Source of the DNA: Octopus sinensis
Taxonomy: Eukaryota
Direction: 5' to 3'
Assembly: GCF_006345805.1 (NCBI RefSeq)
Contig: NC_043012.1
Coordinates: 17,732,001-17,796,000, forward strand
Length of the DNA: 64,000 nucleotides
In this document: in pieces, positions 12,718 to 26,483 of the stretch
How positions within the stretch are numbered: the stretch's first letter is position 1
Layout of the letters: each line of letters begins with the position of its first letter
Program-made: the position numbers and the translations under genes
The notes under the pieces: generated by a model
Seen by the model: the letters and a program-made list of their open reading frames with translations, nothing else
What the model was told of the DNA's origin: nothing
The model's database searches: none

Positions 12718-13079
12718 ATGTGTGTAGTCACAATGAGGATATTCAAGCCCCTTATAGGAATATTTATACAAGATTCACTGGTTTAAAATCATAAATTTTG
12801 AAGAGTAAACGTGTCATAGTGAACGCTTTACATTTTCTGTATATTCCGAAAGTATCCTAATGTAATCTTCATTGTCTTCTGAAAACCTTCACAATTTCCC
12901 TTATTAGATATTTGAAATGCAAAAGTATATTTTTCTATATGTTTTGTTATTTTATCTTCTTTGAGAAATGAAACACTTGCTGGTTAATATGTTGATTAAT
13001 TAATAAACTTATTTGCATTCATTAGAGATCTAATGAATGCAAACTCAGCTTCTGTGAATGTATGTATGTATATATGCAA

Positions 13080-13395
13080 GCGCAGGCGTGGTTTTGTGTT
13101 AAGAAACTTACTTCTCAACCATATGGTCCCGGTTTGAGTCCCACTGCGTGGCATCTTGGATGTGCGACATCTACTATAGCCTCAAAAGACTTGTGAGTGG
13201 AACTGTTAGAAGGAAACATAAAGAAACCTGTCTTGTGTATATATTTATGTGTGTGTGCGCCTTTCTGTTTGTGTTTACCTCCCCCCACTCCACCGATGCT
13301 TGGGTGTTTATATTCCCGAAACTTAGTGGTTCGGCAAACGGGTAGTAAAAATAAGTACTAGGCTCACAAAGAATAATTCCTGGCGTGGAATTCTT
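13080..13395 (+). mobile_element. tRNA-derived SINE family B (CORE-like domain), near full length
   Basis: Head GCGCAGGCGTGG...GTCCCACTGCGTGGCATCTTGG...CTACTATAGCC matches the reverse complement of 61850-61992. The tail matches the reverse complement of 61545-61740. Confidence 0.75.
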
Positions 13396-13396
13396 C

Positions 13397-13462
<66 letters not shown>

Positions 13463-13871
13463 AACTTATACCCTACCTATCTTTCTATATATATATCACC
13501 ATTGTCATAGCACCTCACAAAAAAAACAAAAACAATGTTCTCCTCTTCAATCCCCTCCCCCCATAAAAACATGTTTTATATAAATGACCAAGCTGTCTGT
13601 TTATTCACAAAATTCTAAAAGTTCGAGAAACGAAAGAAAACGCTGATAATAATGGAAAAAATAATCTGATATTTTTCAAAAATCTCGCGACCTTTTCTCT
13701 CAATATTCAATATATGTACACCACACCTAACACTCCATACATACATACATACGTACATACATACATACATATATAGGTACGTACGTACGTACACACATAC
13801 ATACATACATACATACATACATACATACATACATACATACATACATACTACATATATATATATATATATAC

Positions 13872-13987
<116 letters not shown>

Positions 13988-14057
13988 CACACGTTGTTAC
14001 GTTTATATATTTGTTTTGCAAGATTTTTGATGTGAATTCGTGTGTTGAAACAGATAT

Positions 14058-14252
14058 TGTTGTATTTAGGAATGGTCATTTTGCCAGTTTAGCCAATAAG
14101 ATCACGCGCACTATATATTTGGTGTTACTTTGCTTCAGTGTTATTTATTTTTTACATTAATCTTAATCTTCGTTCGGCCAGAGTTCTTTCGTCAGACTCC
14201 TGTGACCGCATCAGTGGTCCTTTGCTTTCTTATTTGTGTGTCTCTCCTTACT
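14058..14252 (-). mobile_element. Penelope-type non-autonomous repeat (family D) with hammerhead-like motif at 14176-14219
   Basis: Nearly the same sequence as 62238-62440. Minus strand GACCA CTGATGCG GTCACAGGAGTCTGAC GAAA GAAC TC TGGCC. Confidence 0.7.
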
Positions 14253-14255
14253 ATA

Positions 14256-14505
14256 TGAGGTATACTTGCCATCTCAACATGGCTAACCGCTAAGTGTGGG
14301 TTTTACTGTAGCTTGTAGCCCCAGGAGAACATAGTCTCTAGCTGGCTTTAGGCACAATTTCTGTGCCCTTATAGTATTTGCAAATACCATAAGTGCATAG
14401 GAAGTGTGCCTAAAGCCAGCTGGAGACGATGTTCTCCTGGAGTTATAAGCTACAGTGACACCCACTCTTAGCGGTTAGCCATATTGAGATGGCAAGTATA
14501 CCTCA
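14256..14505. mobile_element. 250-bp spacerless foldback element (MITE-like) with TA target duplication
   Basis: 14253-14380 and 14381-14508 are reverse complements (about 14 mismatches by eye), centred on TATTTG|CAAATA. TA at 14254-55 and 14506-07. Confidence 0.85.
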
Positions 14506-14615
14506 TATTGTCGTGCTGTTACTGTTTATATCTCGTTCAGAGATTTATTATGCTTATATATATATATATATATTTATTATATATATATATTTATTATTGC
14601 TTATATATATATATG

Positions 14616-14670
<55 letters not shown>

Positions 14671-16205
14671 ATATATATACATATGTGTGTGTGTGTTGTG
14701 TGTGTGTGTGTGTGTGTGCCTTGTGTGTATGTATGCATGCATGTGTGTACGTCCGTGTATGTGCATTTATAAGTATTTCTTTATAAAGCTGCCTAAGAGA
14801 AAGAGAGAAAACGAGAGAAAGCCCGGTATGACTTGCGCATCATTAGTTCATGTTTAATGTGCGGTGACTGTTAATCAGATTATCATATTTTATGGCCACT
14901 GTACATATAACAAACACAATCACACTCACTTGCACATACACATTCGCACACGTACACACTTACACACACACACATATATATATATATACGTCTATATTTA
15001 TATAAGTATATCTATCTATCTATTTGTGATTGTGTGTGTGTGTGTGTGTGTGTGTGTTGTGTGTGTGTATGTGTGTCAGCGAAAGTGTCAAGTTGAGAGA
15101 TCCTAGAATTCTTCCAGTCACTCTGTCTTTGTGTTGCCTCTCTTGAGATGTTAAACATGTGCCAATTAGACAAGATCTTCGGATCCAGTTAAACGACGTC
15201 ACTATATGCTGTCACTTATATTCTATATTTATTTTGCTGAGTTTTCTTCTTCTTACGTCATGACTTTACAGTTGTGTTTTTTGTTGTTGTTGTTGTTCCT
15301 CGTGTTCTAGAGCTTGTTTTTCTTCTTACGTGCTCCAATTTAGTCAGTGCACAGACGTGTCCATGCAAATAACGAATCAACTATTTCTAACTGTTAAATT
15401 ATGGTATTCTTTCTATAAAATGCTAAGATATTTAAGAAACATTTGGCTTCCATGTCTAGTGGTATTTTTGTGTAGCTCCTTTGTCCTAGTTAAGAAATAT
15501 AGATAAAATATATTGCTGTACTGAAAAACCCTACAAATTTTTAGTTTATTAAAGTCTATATCAACCTTGTTTTACACACTCTGATTTAAAGCCGAGATTT
15601 TAAAGAGGGGAAGCCCACCTTTCATAAAATTTAAACATAAATATTTTTCATGAATGCCTGTGACAGATAGATTAAAATTTGAAGATTTATAATATAACAG
15701 TCTCTTTAATTTTGAGCTACTTAATCCTTTGTCAAACGCTTTGTTTCAGAACATATGTGATATCAAAGACCACTGATTTTATGGTACGCATATATAACTA
15801 TAAATAATGTTTATTTCAGTTAATTCGTCTGTCATAAAATTATGATACAATATTGTTGGTCTAATAACCTAAATAATAATAGTAATAATGATTATAATAG
15901 CTCTGATGCACTACCAGGTAAGGGCTCTCGTGTCATCTGAGCATAACAGATTGGGAGTGTTAACATGTACACGTTTGTCTTGGTGTAAATAACGGGCTAT
16001 TGAAAATATTCTGCTCAATATCACAGATTTGCTTGTCATTTGTTGGACCATGACCATATTCAGGGAAATTTCGAGCGGGAAGGGCTAATCGACCTGAAAG
16101 AAATACTAACTGGGCACCACCTACAAAGACATACGCTGTTCATCTTGATATGTGGTCACCATGTCGCACACATATGACTGAGATTCAAGAGCCCCGTGAT
16201 GAATT

Positions 16206-16790
16206 TATATTTAATGTAGGATAAAATTTTTCAAAAAAAGTTTTTATCAGTGGTCAGTATATTAAAAAATACCTTTAAAGATTAAAATTATAAACAACTT
16301 ATTAAATATAAATGTAATAGTGTTCACTTCCGGACACTCTCACTCTGTGAGAGCCTCAGTTCAAATCGCACGTGTCTTGAATGGGCTGGAGTATTTCTAG
16401 TTTGGATGTATTTGGGGTACTTAGTTGTGCTCATGACTTAGTGTTTTGCTTCTTCCATGGGTATGAGTAAGTATCTCATTTATCTATTTGCCACATTTAT
16501 CACTGATGAAGGGAGGGTTCTTATGAACTAACCCTGAAATCGGTCCGATATGGTAATAATGGAATTTTTTAGAAATTTCTGTCGACTTTTTTTCGTGTAG
16601 CGTGCGTATTGTGAAAAATTAAATGGTTATGGACAATATGTCCAATTTCAACATATTTGGCATTAGAATTGTTTTCGCTTGCCCTTATTTATAAGTTGTT
16701 TATAATTTTAACCTTTAAAGGTATTTTTTAATATGCTGGCCATTGATAAAATTTTCTTTTTCGAAAAAAATTTATCCTACATTAAATATA
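16206..16790. mobile_element. Non-autonomous element with ~100-bp inverted ends (inverted-pLTR-like), containing a hammerhead
   Basis: 16206-16308 (TATATTTAATGTAGGATAAA...CAACTTAT) is the imperfect reverse complement of 16686-16790. No ORF; hammerhead inside. Confidence 0.8.
16497..16556 (+). ncRNA. Type I hammerhead ribozyme motif with canonical core
   Basis: Stem I TTATCA/TGGTAA; CTGATGA 16503-16509; stem II AGGG..GGTTC-TTAT-GAACT..CCCT; GAAA 16536-16539; stem III TCGG-T-CCGA; AUA triplet with predicted cut after 16550. Confidence 0.8.
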
Positions 16791-17518
16791 TATAAATATA
16801 TATATATATGGATATACAAACATACAGCGGCAGAAATAAAGTTGTGTGTTATTGCGTATAAATGTGTGTTTAAAATTCTCCAAAATAAATTCGAGTCGTA
16901 ATAAACATCCTGGAGGCACATCCATTTTCCTAGGAAGTTTGCCTGTAATTTGACACAGCATCTGCGACCTTTTATTTCTTTAATTTCTGTTTGTTTTCAT
17001 CCTAATTCTCCCGCATAAATTTATGCCCACTTTTACATTCTGAGTTTTATAATATTTTCGTTGCTGGTATGTTTCTTTTTCCATTTATTTATGTTTTGCG
17101 AATTAGAACGCATATTTGCTATTTACTCAACCAAAGAGTTGCGGTAAAGACTTGTGCAGCACTTCCAAAACAAGAACCTGCTATCAATGTCGTCTTCGTG
17201 CCGTCATATTTGTCCACATTACCACCAACACCTGCACCGCCAAAGGCATGTTCCTCACATCCTGCTGTTGCTGCTAGTCCCCTGCTCCCCTCCTCAACCA
17301 CCACCACCATCACATCATCATCATTTAAAATTTGCCCTTTCATTCTACCTCCATGTATACATATATATATATATGTATGTAAGCAAGAATGAAAAAATAT
17401 ATATACATCCATACACACATATGCACACACATACATGTATATGTATATAGGGAATTAATTCGCCGTTCAAAATATTCATAGATACATGCGCGCAAACCAT
17501 CCATTTATACATATACAC

Positions 17519-17575
<57 letters not shown>

Positions 17576-17600
17576 TCATATGTACATATATATTATATGC

Positions 17601-17646
<46 letters not shown>

Positions 17647-18504
17647 GTATATATATATATTCCTTCGACTTATATATATGGTAGAATGGTAACAGCAGAG
17701 AATGTCTTCTGGTAACTACATGAGATATTTAATCAAATATGTTTGACCGATGTAAATCCTAATTAAATATAGTACATTGCAAAAGTGCACTTTATACGTT
17801 AGACATTTACTATAATGTAATTGATGGAAATGTTATCTCGATATGACTTTTATTGATCCACTCATACGAGTTATAAAGATTGCTTGTTTCACTGGATTAG
17901 CTACATCGTATATATTTTCATAACAGCTACAATACCTTTTGGATGTTCACAAATATAATTTTACTTTTGGAAGAAAGAGCACAGCAATACAAAGATCAGA
18001 CGAATGTACGATCGAAGATCCATTACTTCGATAGTAGTTTCACGTCAGTTAGAACAAAAATGACCTTGCCTAGGCATAGGTACTTTACATACACACTCCC
18101 ATTTGAGTAATCGTTTCCCTGCGATACACTTTCCAAACGTTCGATCTGATGTTTTCCTGTATCTACGTTTGTGCTTTGCTTTCGTTTCTTATCTTCAAAT
18201 GCTGCGCCATAGGTCATAGAATTTGTAGAGCATAAGAAAATACAGCCGCAGTATTTAGTTACATAAACTTACATTGTAAGCTGAAATTCTGCGCAGGTCT
18301 GTATAACAATGATAAGACTCAAAACCATCGCAATGATGCAACAATTTGAACATTCTCTTGAGGTATTCTAGATGTAAATAGATTTCGTTTGTCAACCCTT
18401 TTCTGCTCGTATTTTTAATCTTTTATCTTTCACTAGTTTAACGGATTAGTCGAACAAATCACCTCCAATACGTATTGTTTTAGAGACTGTTACTTGTTCT
18501 AACG

Positions 18505-19600
18505 GTTCTCTTTCGCATTGACACCTAGTTGTCAGCTGGACATGCTATATCTATGTTCCAGCATAGTTTGCTTTCTTTTTCAATTAAGACTATGTCTGGT
18601 TTCCTATCCTCTATCTCATGTTAGTTAGTTAATTGGCTCAAAAGCAAATAGCAAGGCCATGTAGGGGGACATGGTGTTAAGTACAGGGTGGTGTTCATGT
18701 AAAGAGTTCAGGCCTCTTGAGGTCCAGGGAGGCTTTGAACAAAGCGGTCGTCGGCATCTTCACCATCTCGTCTGGCAGCTTGTTCCACGGATCCGCAACC
18801 CGGACGGAGAAAGCTCCTCTCCTTCGATTGAGATGAAATCGTCGCAGGTAGAGCTTTTCGGAATGACCCCGCAGCCGACGCTCCGGAGCAGGAGTGAAGA
18901 ACAGCTCTTTCGAGAGGTTACACTTCCCGCTTATGATGTTGTGGGCGAGAATGAGATCACCAAGGCGGCGGCGTTTTTCAAGAGAACAAAGGTCGAGCGT
19001 CCTCAGCCTTTCTTCGTAGGACAAATTTTTGAGACCATGAACCATGCGGGTAGCCAGCCTCTGAACTCTTTCGAGGTGCTGTATGTCTTTGAGGAGATAA
19101 GGAGAAGAGGCTTGAATCCCATACTCCAATATGGGTCTCACCAGCGTGACATAGAGTGGCAGGAATATGGCTGCTGTGAGCATTCCGAATGACCGTCGAA
19201 TCAAAAACAGAATTCCGCGCGCTTTGTTGGCAGCATGGACGCACTGGGCCGAAGGCGAAAAGGAGGAATCCACCAAGATACCCAGGTCCTTTACCTGATC
19301 GGTCCTCTCCAGCAGCAGACGACCCGGCTCGAAATCAAGTTGAGTTGCAGGAGTAGAGCCGACAGGCAGATGACAGCACTTTGACACGTTCAGACACAGG
19401 TCCCAATCGTTAGACCACTTCCAAATTTGGTGGAGGCATCGACGAAGATCCTCTATACTACCGCGAGGAGCGACCAGTTTGATATCGTCATGATCGCGTT
19501 GAATCATAAAATCCCACAGGATCTTTGCACTACCATTTTCACTGATGCCTTCGGGTTTGTGGTCATATCAATTTTATGCTCTGTCAAGTCAATTCATCCT
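18505..19600 (-). mobile_element. Dong/R4-type LINE restriction-like endonuclease relic, split by a CR1-like insertion
   Basis: 19600-19488 reads LDRA*N*YDHKPEGISENGSAKILWDFMIQRDH. It resumes at 18620 as HEIEDRKPDIVLIEKESKLCWNIDIACPADN (PD-(D/E)xK-type motif of R4/Dong RLE). Confidence 0.85.
18621..19487 (-). mobile_element. CR1/L2-type LINE, 5'-truncated, open RT C-terminal frame, with (TAAC)n tail
   Basis: DDIKL...VKDLGILVDSSFSPSAQC...LVRPILEYG...LERVQRLATRMV..LSYEERL...LRGHSEKL...WNKLP with no stops. Tail AATTAACTAACTAAC; TCATG duplicated at 18616-18620 and 19488-19492. Visibly more GC-rich than the flanks. Confidence 0.92.
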
Positions 19601-19625
19601 TCTCCTCCTCCTCCTCCTCCTCCTC

Positions 19626-19662
<37 letters not shown>

Positions 19663-20000
19663 TATCACCATCACCAACACCATCACCATCACCATCATCA
19701 TCATTATCATCATCATCATCATCATCATCTTCTTCTTCTCCTTCCTCTTCTTTTCTTCTTCGTCTTCTTTTCCCTCTTCTTATTCTTATTATCATTTTCC
19801 TCCCCCTCTTCTCCTCCTTTGCTTCTTTTTCCTCTTCCTCTTCTTCTTCTTCTTCTTATTTTCTTCCTCCTCCTCCGCCTCCTCTTCTTCTTCTTCTTCT
19901 TCTTCTTCTTCTTCGTCTTCTTCTTCTTCTTCTTCGTCTTCTTCTTCTTCTCTTCTTCTTCTTCTTCTTCTTCTTCGTCTTCTTCTTCTTCTTCTTCTTC
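19589..20000. repeat. Compound microsatellite (CCT)n(CAT)n(CTT)n
   Basis: Read directly from the sequence. Confidence 0.95.
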
Positions 20001-22179
20001 ATAGTTCCTGCGGTATCATAATAACGTGAATTGTTAGTGCAAGTTCAAATAACGTTCATATGTATACCAATACAAATTAATTTTTCGTGTATATGAACGA
20101 AAACTAGCACAAAGAACTCCTATGTAGAGATGACATTCTAACGTTCGTAAATTTCCTAAGGACGATAGTTGCATATGTCGAATGACCTTGTGCCAACTGA
20201 GAATCAAATGAGGTCAAAACCTTGACTCTGTATGGTGCTGTAACATACACACCATATTAGATATGGAGATTAGACATGAACGAATGTATAGTTATTTCTC
20301 AATGCAATGAACAGTGAATATAGATGTTAAAATCAGTTCAGTGATTATTGAATATTTAGTTAAAATAGATTTCCAAAATATTGTACACAACTGAATTTGC
20401 TATCGGATCGTAACCCACTGAAGCAAAAAAGAACTTATGGATTGCTCAAGTGAAAGAATATTCCTAATATTATTGAAATAAGAATAAATGTATATATTTA
20501 TTTAGGTCGATCGGCTGTGTAACTATAGTATATGAATATGGGCTTCCTAAAAAGCCTACTTTACCATTCTCTGAACCAGGAGTTAGGCAATTGTAATGGG
20601 AATTTAAAAAGTTCTCTTATATGGAAGATTAAAAGGTCAGCGGATAATATTCCACTAGATTGGGTAAGTTCAGAAGTAGATACTTTTTTCCACGTGATCG
20701 GATATCAATCTCACGTACGAATTCAAAACTCTTATGCTTTTCCTGTATAAGGTCATTTAAGGTGAAGATAGTTAATGTATGTGCATATCATGAATACGTT
20801 AATACGAACTTTGCGAATTAGACGTATAACAAATTCCTGATTACAGAATTATTTGAAGAATTATTGACCGAATAGTGTGTCTATTGGTTCTGTATTGACA
20901 GACACGTGATAAAGTAATATATTAGGGAGAAAGTAGATTGCCATATCTAATCTAATTTGTGAGTCATTATATATGGTAGAATTTTAGGACAACTAAATAT
21001 AACATCCAGCTTGTGAATTGTTCCTCAATATATAATTTTACTATATAAGTATATTTTCCCTGATACACTACACAAAGACGAAAGATTCGGTTACTTACCA
21101 ATTTGCACTATAGCTTTGTCAATTTTCTTGCAAAAATTATTCCAGAGAGATCACTAAAATGGTAAAATGAAAAACTGAGTGAAACGGTAGCGTTAATATT
21201 GTTAAAAGTGTAAAAGAATATTCAGTTTTGGTCTTCTCAGAAATGTAACTATCACTGGAATGGAAATCTGAAATATATATTAGATAATTAATACCCAAGG
21301 TGAGCTACTATATCACTTTTAAATTTCCTTTCGAACAAAAGGATGCATATGTTAGTGAAATATATTCTCCTGCTTGTTAGCCCGAAATAAAAATGATATT
21401 ACAGTTGTCTACCGTTTCTTTGACAAAGTAGAATAACTGTGGTAGAGGAAGTTGGTAAGGATATTGTATTTGTGACATATCTCAACTAATGAGACCCGAC
21501 AATCCTTATCTAGTAAGTTTATAGAGCGACTTATCCATTATAGATCATGGATTGTTCCAACATGTAAATTGATAAAGAAATATATTATATTTCCTTAACC
21601 ATTGAAGGTGTTTTGCAATTAATAAAAATGATTTATGGAATTTGTAATTACAGTATTTGTTATAAAAACAGTTACTAAAAACTGTCTATAGCATACTGTA
21701 TAAAACCCTTGAATACTGTATATCTTTAAGGGCAGCAATATCCGTATTGATTTCGGCAATATAGCGTCAATCAGATGGAGTTTCTCGGTCAAACCAGTAG
21801 ACGTTTATGAAATACGATTTGAGCTTACACATATGTGTACCAGGTACCTGGTTGCGATTAAAGGTCATTACGTATACATACCATAAAAATATTCACAAAA
21901 TCTTTAGCGTCTGTTTTTTTTCATGGCAGAATCGTATGTATGTAATATTTCTAAATGGAAACTTCGATAAAATGTGATTATGAATGCCATTATTATTGAA
22001 AATGTCCCTCATGATACATTTAAGTGCTAAAAACAGTAACCAAGCGAGGTAACTATAATGATATCAGCCAATCAAACGTTCTCTGATATATTTGCCTTTA
22101 GCCCTATTGTTGCGTGTCAGATTTTAAGTACATGAGCGGCGTGCACACGCATCAATAAACACACGCACACACACACACA

Positions 22180-22210
<31 letters not shown>

Positions 22211-23837
22211 GCACAGACACACACAGACACACACAGACACACACACCGACATACAGAAACACGCACAGCTACATTCATTCATATTTACATACGTGCTTCT
22301 ATACAAACACATAGACACAGATCCCCATATATAGCTTCATGTGAATTTCTGTTCGCCTCTGTAAGAGAATGAATTGGTGTATCTTTCACCAATGGAAACA
22401 TAGTCAGCAAAAAAACAAAAAGCAAGATGCATTAGTTGTTCGAGTGAATTTTCATGTAATCATTTATATAAATCTGAATAACAGACATTCCCTTGTCACT
22501 TGTAATTTCAGAAATACCACGAATAGACGAATGTGGTACTGGAAAAGTATGGCCAGCGACGGTATCCTCTGCTATCTGCTGTTGAAATAAATAGACCTAC
22601 CGTTTAGCATTAATTTTATATAAACCGACATCATAAACATGTTCTCTTTTCATAGTTACATATAAAATATCTTTATATTTAATAACTACACATACTTCTG
22701 GTTTATTTAATTAATTTATTTATCTATTTCCTATTTATTTTCCTCAAATTTCATTACGTTTATTTATTTATTTGTTCATTCATTCCTTTTTTACTAATAT
22801 TATCTTCTTTGACACCTGATCATAGATTACACTTATACTTACATAAAAATTAATAGTCTTTCTTTCATTCTCTCTCTTTCCTTCTCTCCTCCTCTCTCTC
22901 TCGTTATTTCTATTTATGTACATAACTATACATAGAATACTTATATCGATTCATTTGTTTAGATATAAATCTATCATATAATATAAAAGCCATTAATCAC
23001 CAAGGAAAAATATATATGTATAATCCTAACTCGTATATTTATCTGAGTTTAATATATGACGAAAACGAACAATTTTATACATATACTTGTAGATATATAT
23101 ATTTATAGGAAAAAAATTGATGTATTAAAAATTTAACCATGCATACACAATTTTACTTATTTACCCGACTTTCATCATATTTATAGTTAGAACAAACACT
23201 GCAGAGATGCAAAGACATACAATTACTTATTTAACTAACGGTTATCTTAATAGATTGGTTCGATGTTTACAAACGTGTCTTGCGTTGTTGAATTCTTTTT
23301 CGACTATTTACTAGTTTGTAGCTGTTCATGCTTAATTTCCCTAACTCTATTTATACATCAAACAAAGTCATTTCAATGTGTTTGCATGTAGATCTGTGTT
23401 TATGATTGTCTGTTAAATGTATGTGTATATCAAATTTCACTATTCCGTATTGTCATGTGCACTGTAAAAAAAATTTGTGCGTCTTCGACTATATAATTGA
23501 TTGAGTGATTAAATGAGAGTACGAAATGGATGTTTCTGTGTATCTATGAATGTAGCTATATTTCTGTTTTTTCTATATCCGGACAAAAGAAAAAAATGTG
23601 AATCATTACATTCTCCTCTAGAATATGATTTCGCATCCATTGGAGTTGGTGAATATGTTTATGTGTATGCTGTTGTGAAAATTGCGTTTCTTTGATCCGT
23701 TTGTGTGTGTCATTATATTTCTACATATGTTTAGCTATGCTTGTATACAAAGTAGAAGAAAAAAGGTAATAGCACCAAACATGTTCTAGCTATTGATTGA
23801 AAGTTTTTGGATTCGCTATATTCTCGCGATATATATA

Positions 23838-23897
<60 letters not shown>

Positions 23898-24124
23898 ATG
23901 TATATACCGAAATTGTATTGTAAAGAATATTGAATTTGAAGATTAAAAGAATATGGAAATATACTCAAACTCACTATATAAATCCATATTCACAATTGTA
24001 TACATACATACATAAAGACATATGCATATACAAACAAAATCAAACAAATATGGTTATATGCATGCATCTATCTCTCTCTATATATGTACATATGCATATA
24101 TGTATATGCGCGTGTGCTTGTATG

Positions 24125-24168
<44 letters not shown>

Positions 24169-24407
24169 TATATATATACATATATATACATATATATATA
24201 TAATGTATATGAGTATATGTTGATACATACAGCCTTGTATGAGCTTGTACAAGACTATTTGCGTGGGTGTTTTTGCGTGTGAAGGATTCCGTTATTCTTG
24301 CGATTAAATCTTTATTTTTTTTGGCTTGTTTTTACTTGCTTCAAATTATTCAAACATTTCCAAAAATTCTTGATTTTGTTAGTTTGTTATAGAGCATTGG
24401 ATATTTA

Positions 24408-25835
24408 GCCTCTCTTTTTTTGTGTTAAAAGTACATTTCATAATAGTCTTTGTGTTATACATGCATTTTCCTCATCAACAATACTCTATGGAATTAAGAT
24501 TTTGATTCCAATGAGTATTGTTACGTCTTTGAAGATGTCTATCAAATAATTCACGGGCTTTTCCTAGAGAAAGAAAGTCATATGTCAAATAGCCATTCCT
24601 TCCTATTATGATGTTGGGTTAGATATTTGAATTTAAACTTATGCGATATCAGGGGAAAGTTCTAATTTTTATGTTACCTATTACAAAGGTTGTTTTTAAT
24701 ATATAAAACTATTTCATTCTGTTTAGAAATCGTGAGCATGATATAACCTATGGTTTAATAATTAAATATTTTTTTACGAAGTGAGATATTTCTCTAAAGA
24801 TATAAATATTTAAAATCTGGAGGAAAGTAATGGAGTGTAATTTTGTACAATAAATTGTTAACCTCTTTCATCGGACTAAAGTGAAAAACATAAGGCACTA
24901 ACATTTACAAGACATTTTTACGATTTCATAATTGGATACAATTCACCAATATCGAAGGAGATTTGAAGTTGGTCAACTTTAAAAAATGTCTACTTATACA
25001 CTCCTGATGATCATTATTCACGGATAATTATAACAAACTTCGCGTCCTCTATGTACACAATGTCGGCGACACAAGGATCAAATTAGCCATTTAACCACGT
25101 TAATATACATTAATAATAATATTTAGGAAACTTAATGATTTCGAATTTAATGCTGTTATGTATTTTGAAAGAGATATTTTTCAAATAAACCGTTTTTCTC
25201 ACAGCTGTTCGAGAAATGATTAATAATTATATATGATATTACATAATACAAAAGTGAAACATTACGCTGGAAGTTGAATAATTCTATTTCAAAACAATTA
25301 GTATTTGTTAAACAATATGTACATGTAAATATAATTCTACATGAACATTATTTGTATAGTCATCATAGTGAAATAGTTTTGTTCAATTATTATACATGGT
25401 TAAGTTTATTATCATAATATAAATTAGATAACTTTATTTTACCTAAAAATGTCTCGTGACGTCTTTTTCTATAACTGTCTGGTGATCTTTTGAGCCCAAG
25501 CTGTAGATGCAGAACGTTACGCACGCAAGATCCGAAACATACACGTACATATACACAGGTATACGCACACGTATACACACACATATACACACGTATACTG
25601 AAACATGAAAAATACTCGAAAAAACAAACTTTTGAATTATTAAATGCAACGACATATATTACAAAATCTCAAATCGGAAATATTCAAAAAATGTAAACAC
25701 AAAGTGAAGGATATTAAAATATTTTGGTCAAAATGGTCATGAAATTTGAACATAAAAGAAACGCGTATAGTCTCTATGCAGTGGTATATCACTACATCAT
25801 TAAGTGTTCGCCCTGATTTTACTCCTGAACAGCTT

Positions 25836-25899
<64 letters not shown>

Positions 25900-26449
25900 T
25901 CGTTCTTTCTTTCCTTCTCTTTCTCTGATATTCCATTCATATCCATTTTTTCTCTAATAGTCGAAATACTTTCACTCCAGCAATCCCCTGCGCTTCTGGC
26001 ATTTTTCTCTATACATACATACATACTTACATACATACATACATACACACACACATACACATATATTTCTTCATCTTTCTTTTCTTTCTTACCCATCTTT
26101 CTTCCTCTTTCCACAATGCTACTTAGTCAAAATTCCTCATTCGTGAAGGGAGACAAGTCTTAAGATGAAAGTATTTGATAACCCATTTAATTTCCATCTC
26201 AAATCCAGTCACAAGGTTTCGGTTGGTCCCAGGTTATAGTAGAAGGTATCACGCTGTAGGACTGAACACGGAACCATATATTATAATATGGTATATTTTG
26301 GGTTTGCGCCTATTTTGCACGTACGTAATGAGAAATCGGGCATAGCAAATCATCCCTGTATGGAAAAGTGGGTCACCAACATCGAACAAAGGGAAAATAG
26401 TAAGATAGAGTGACACGCCGACAGTTTTTGACAACTTGAAAACGGCTCA

Positions 26450-26483
<34 letters not shown>

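Noticed and set aside
12875-12925. Hammerhead-like TCTT CTGAAAA ... GAAA TGCA
   Set aside because: Core and stems too decayed to distinguish from chance.
18671-19192. 173-aa plus-strand ORF overlapping the LINE RT frame
   Set aside because: Antisense shadow of a GC-rich open frame, with no recognisable motifs.
25004-25050. CTGATGA core (and its duplicate near 27172)
   Set aside because: No properly placed GAAA, stem III or stem I partner.
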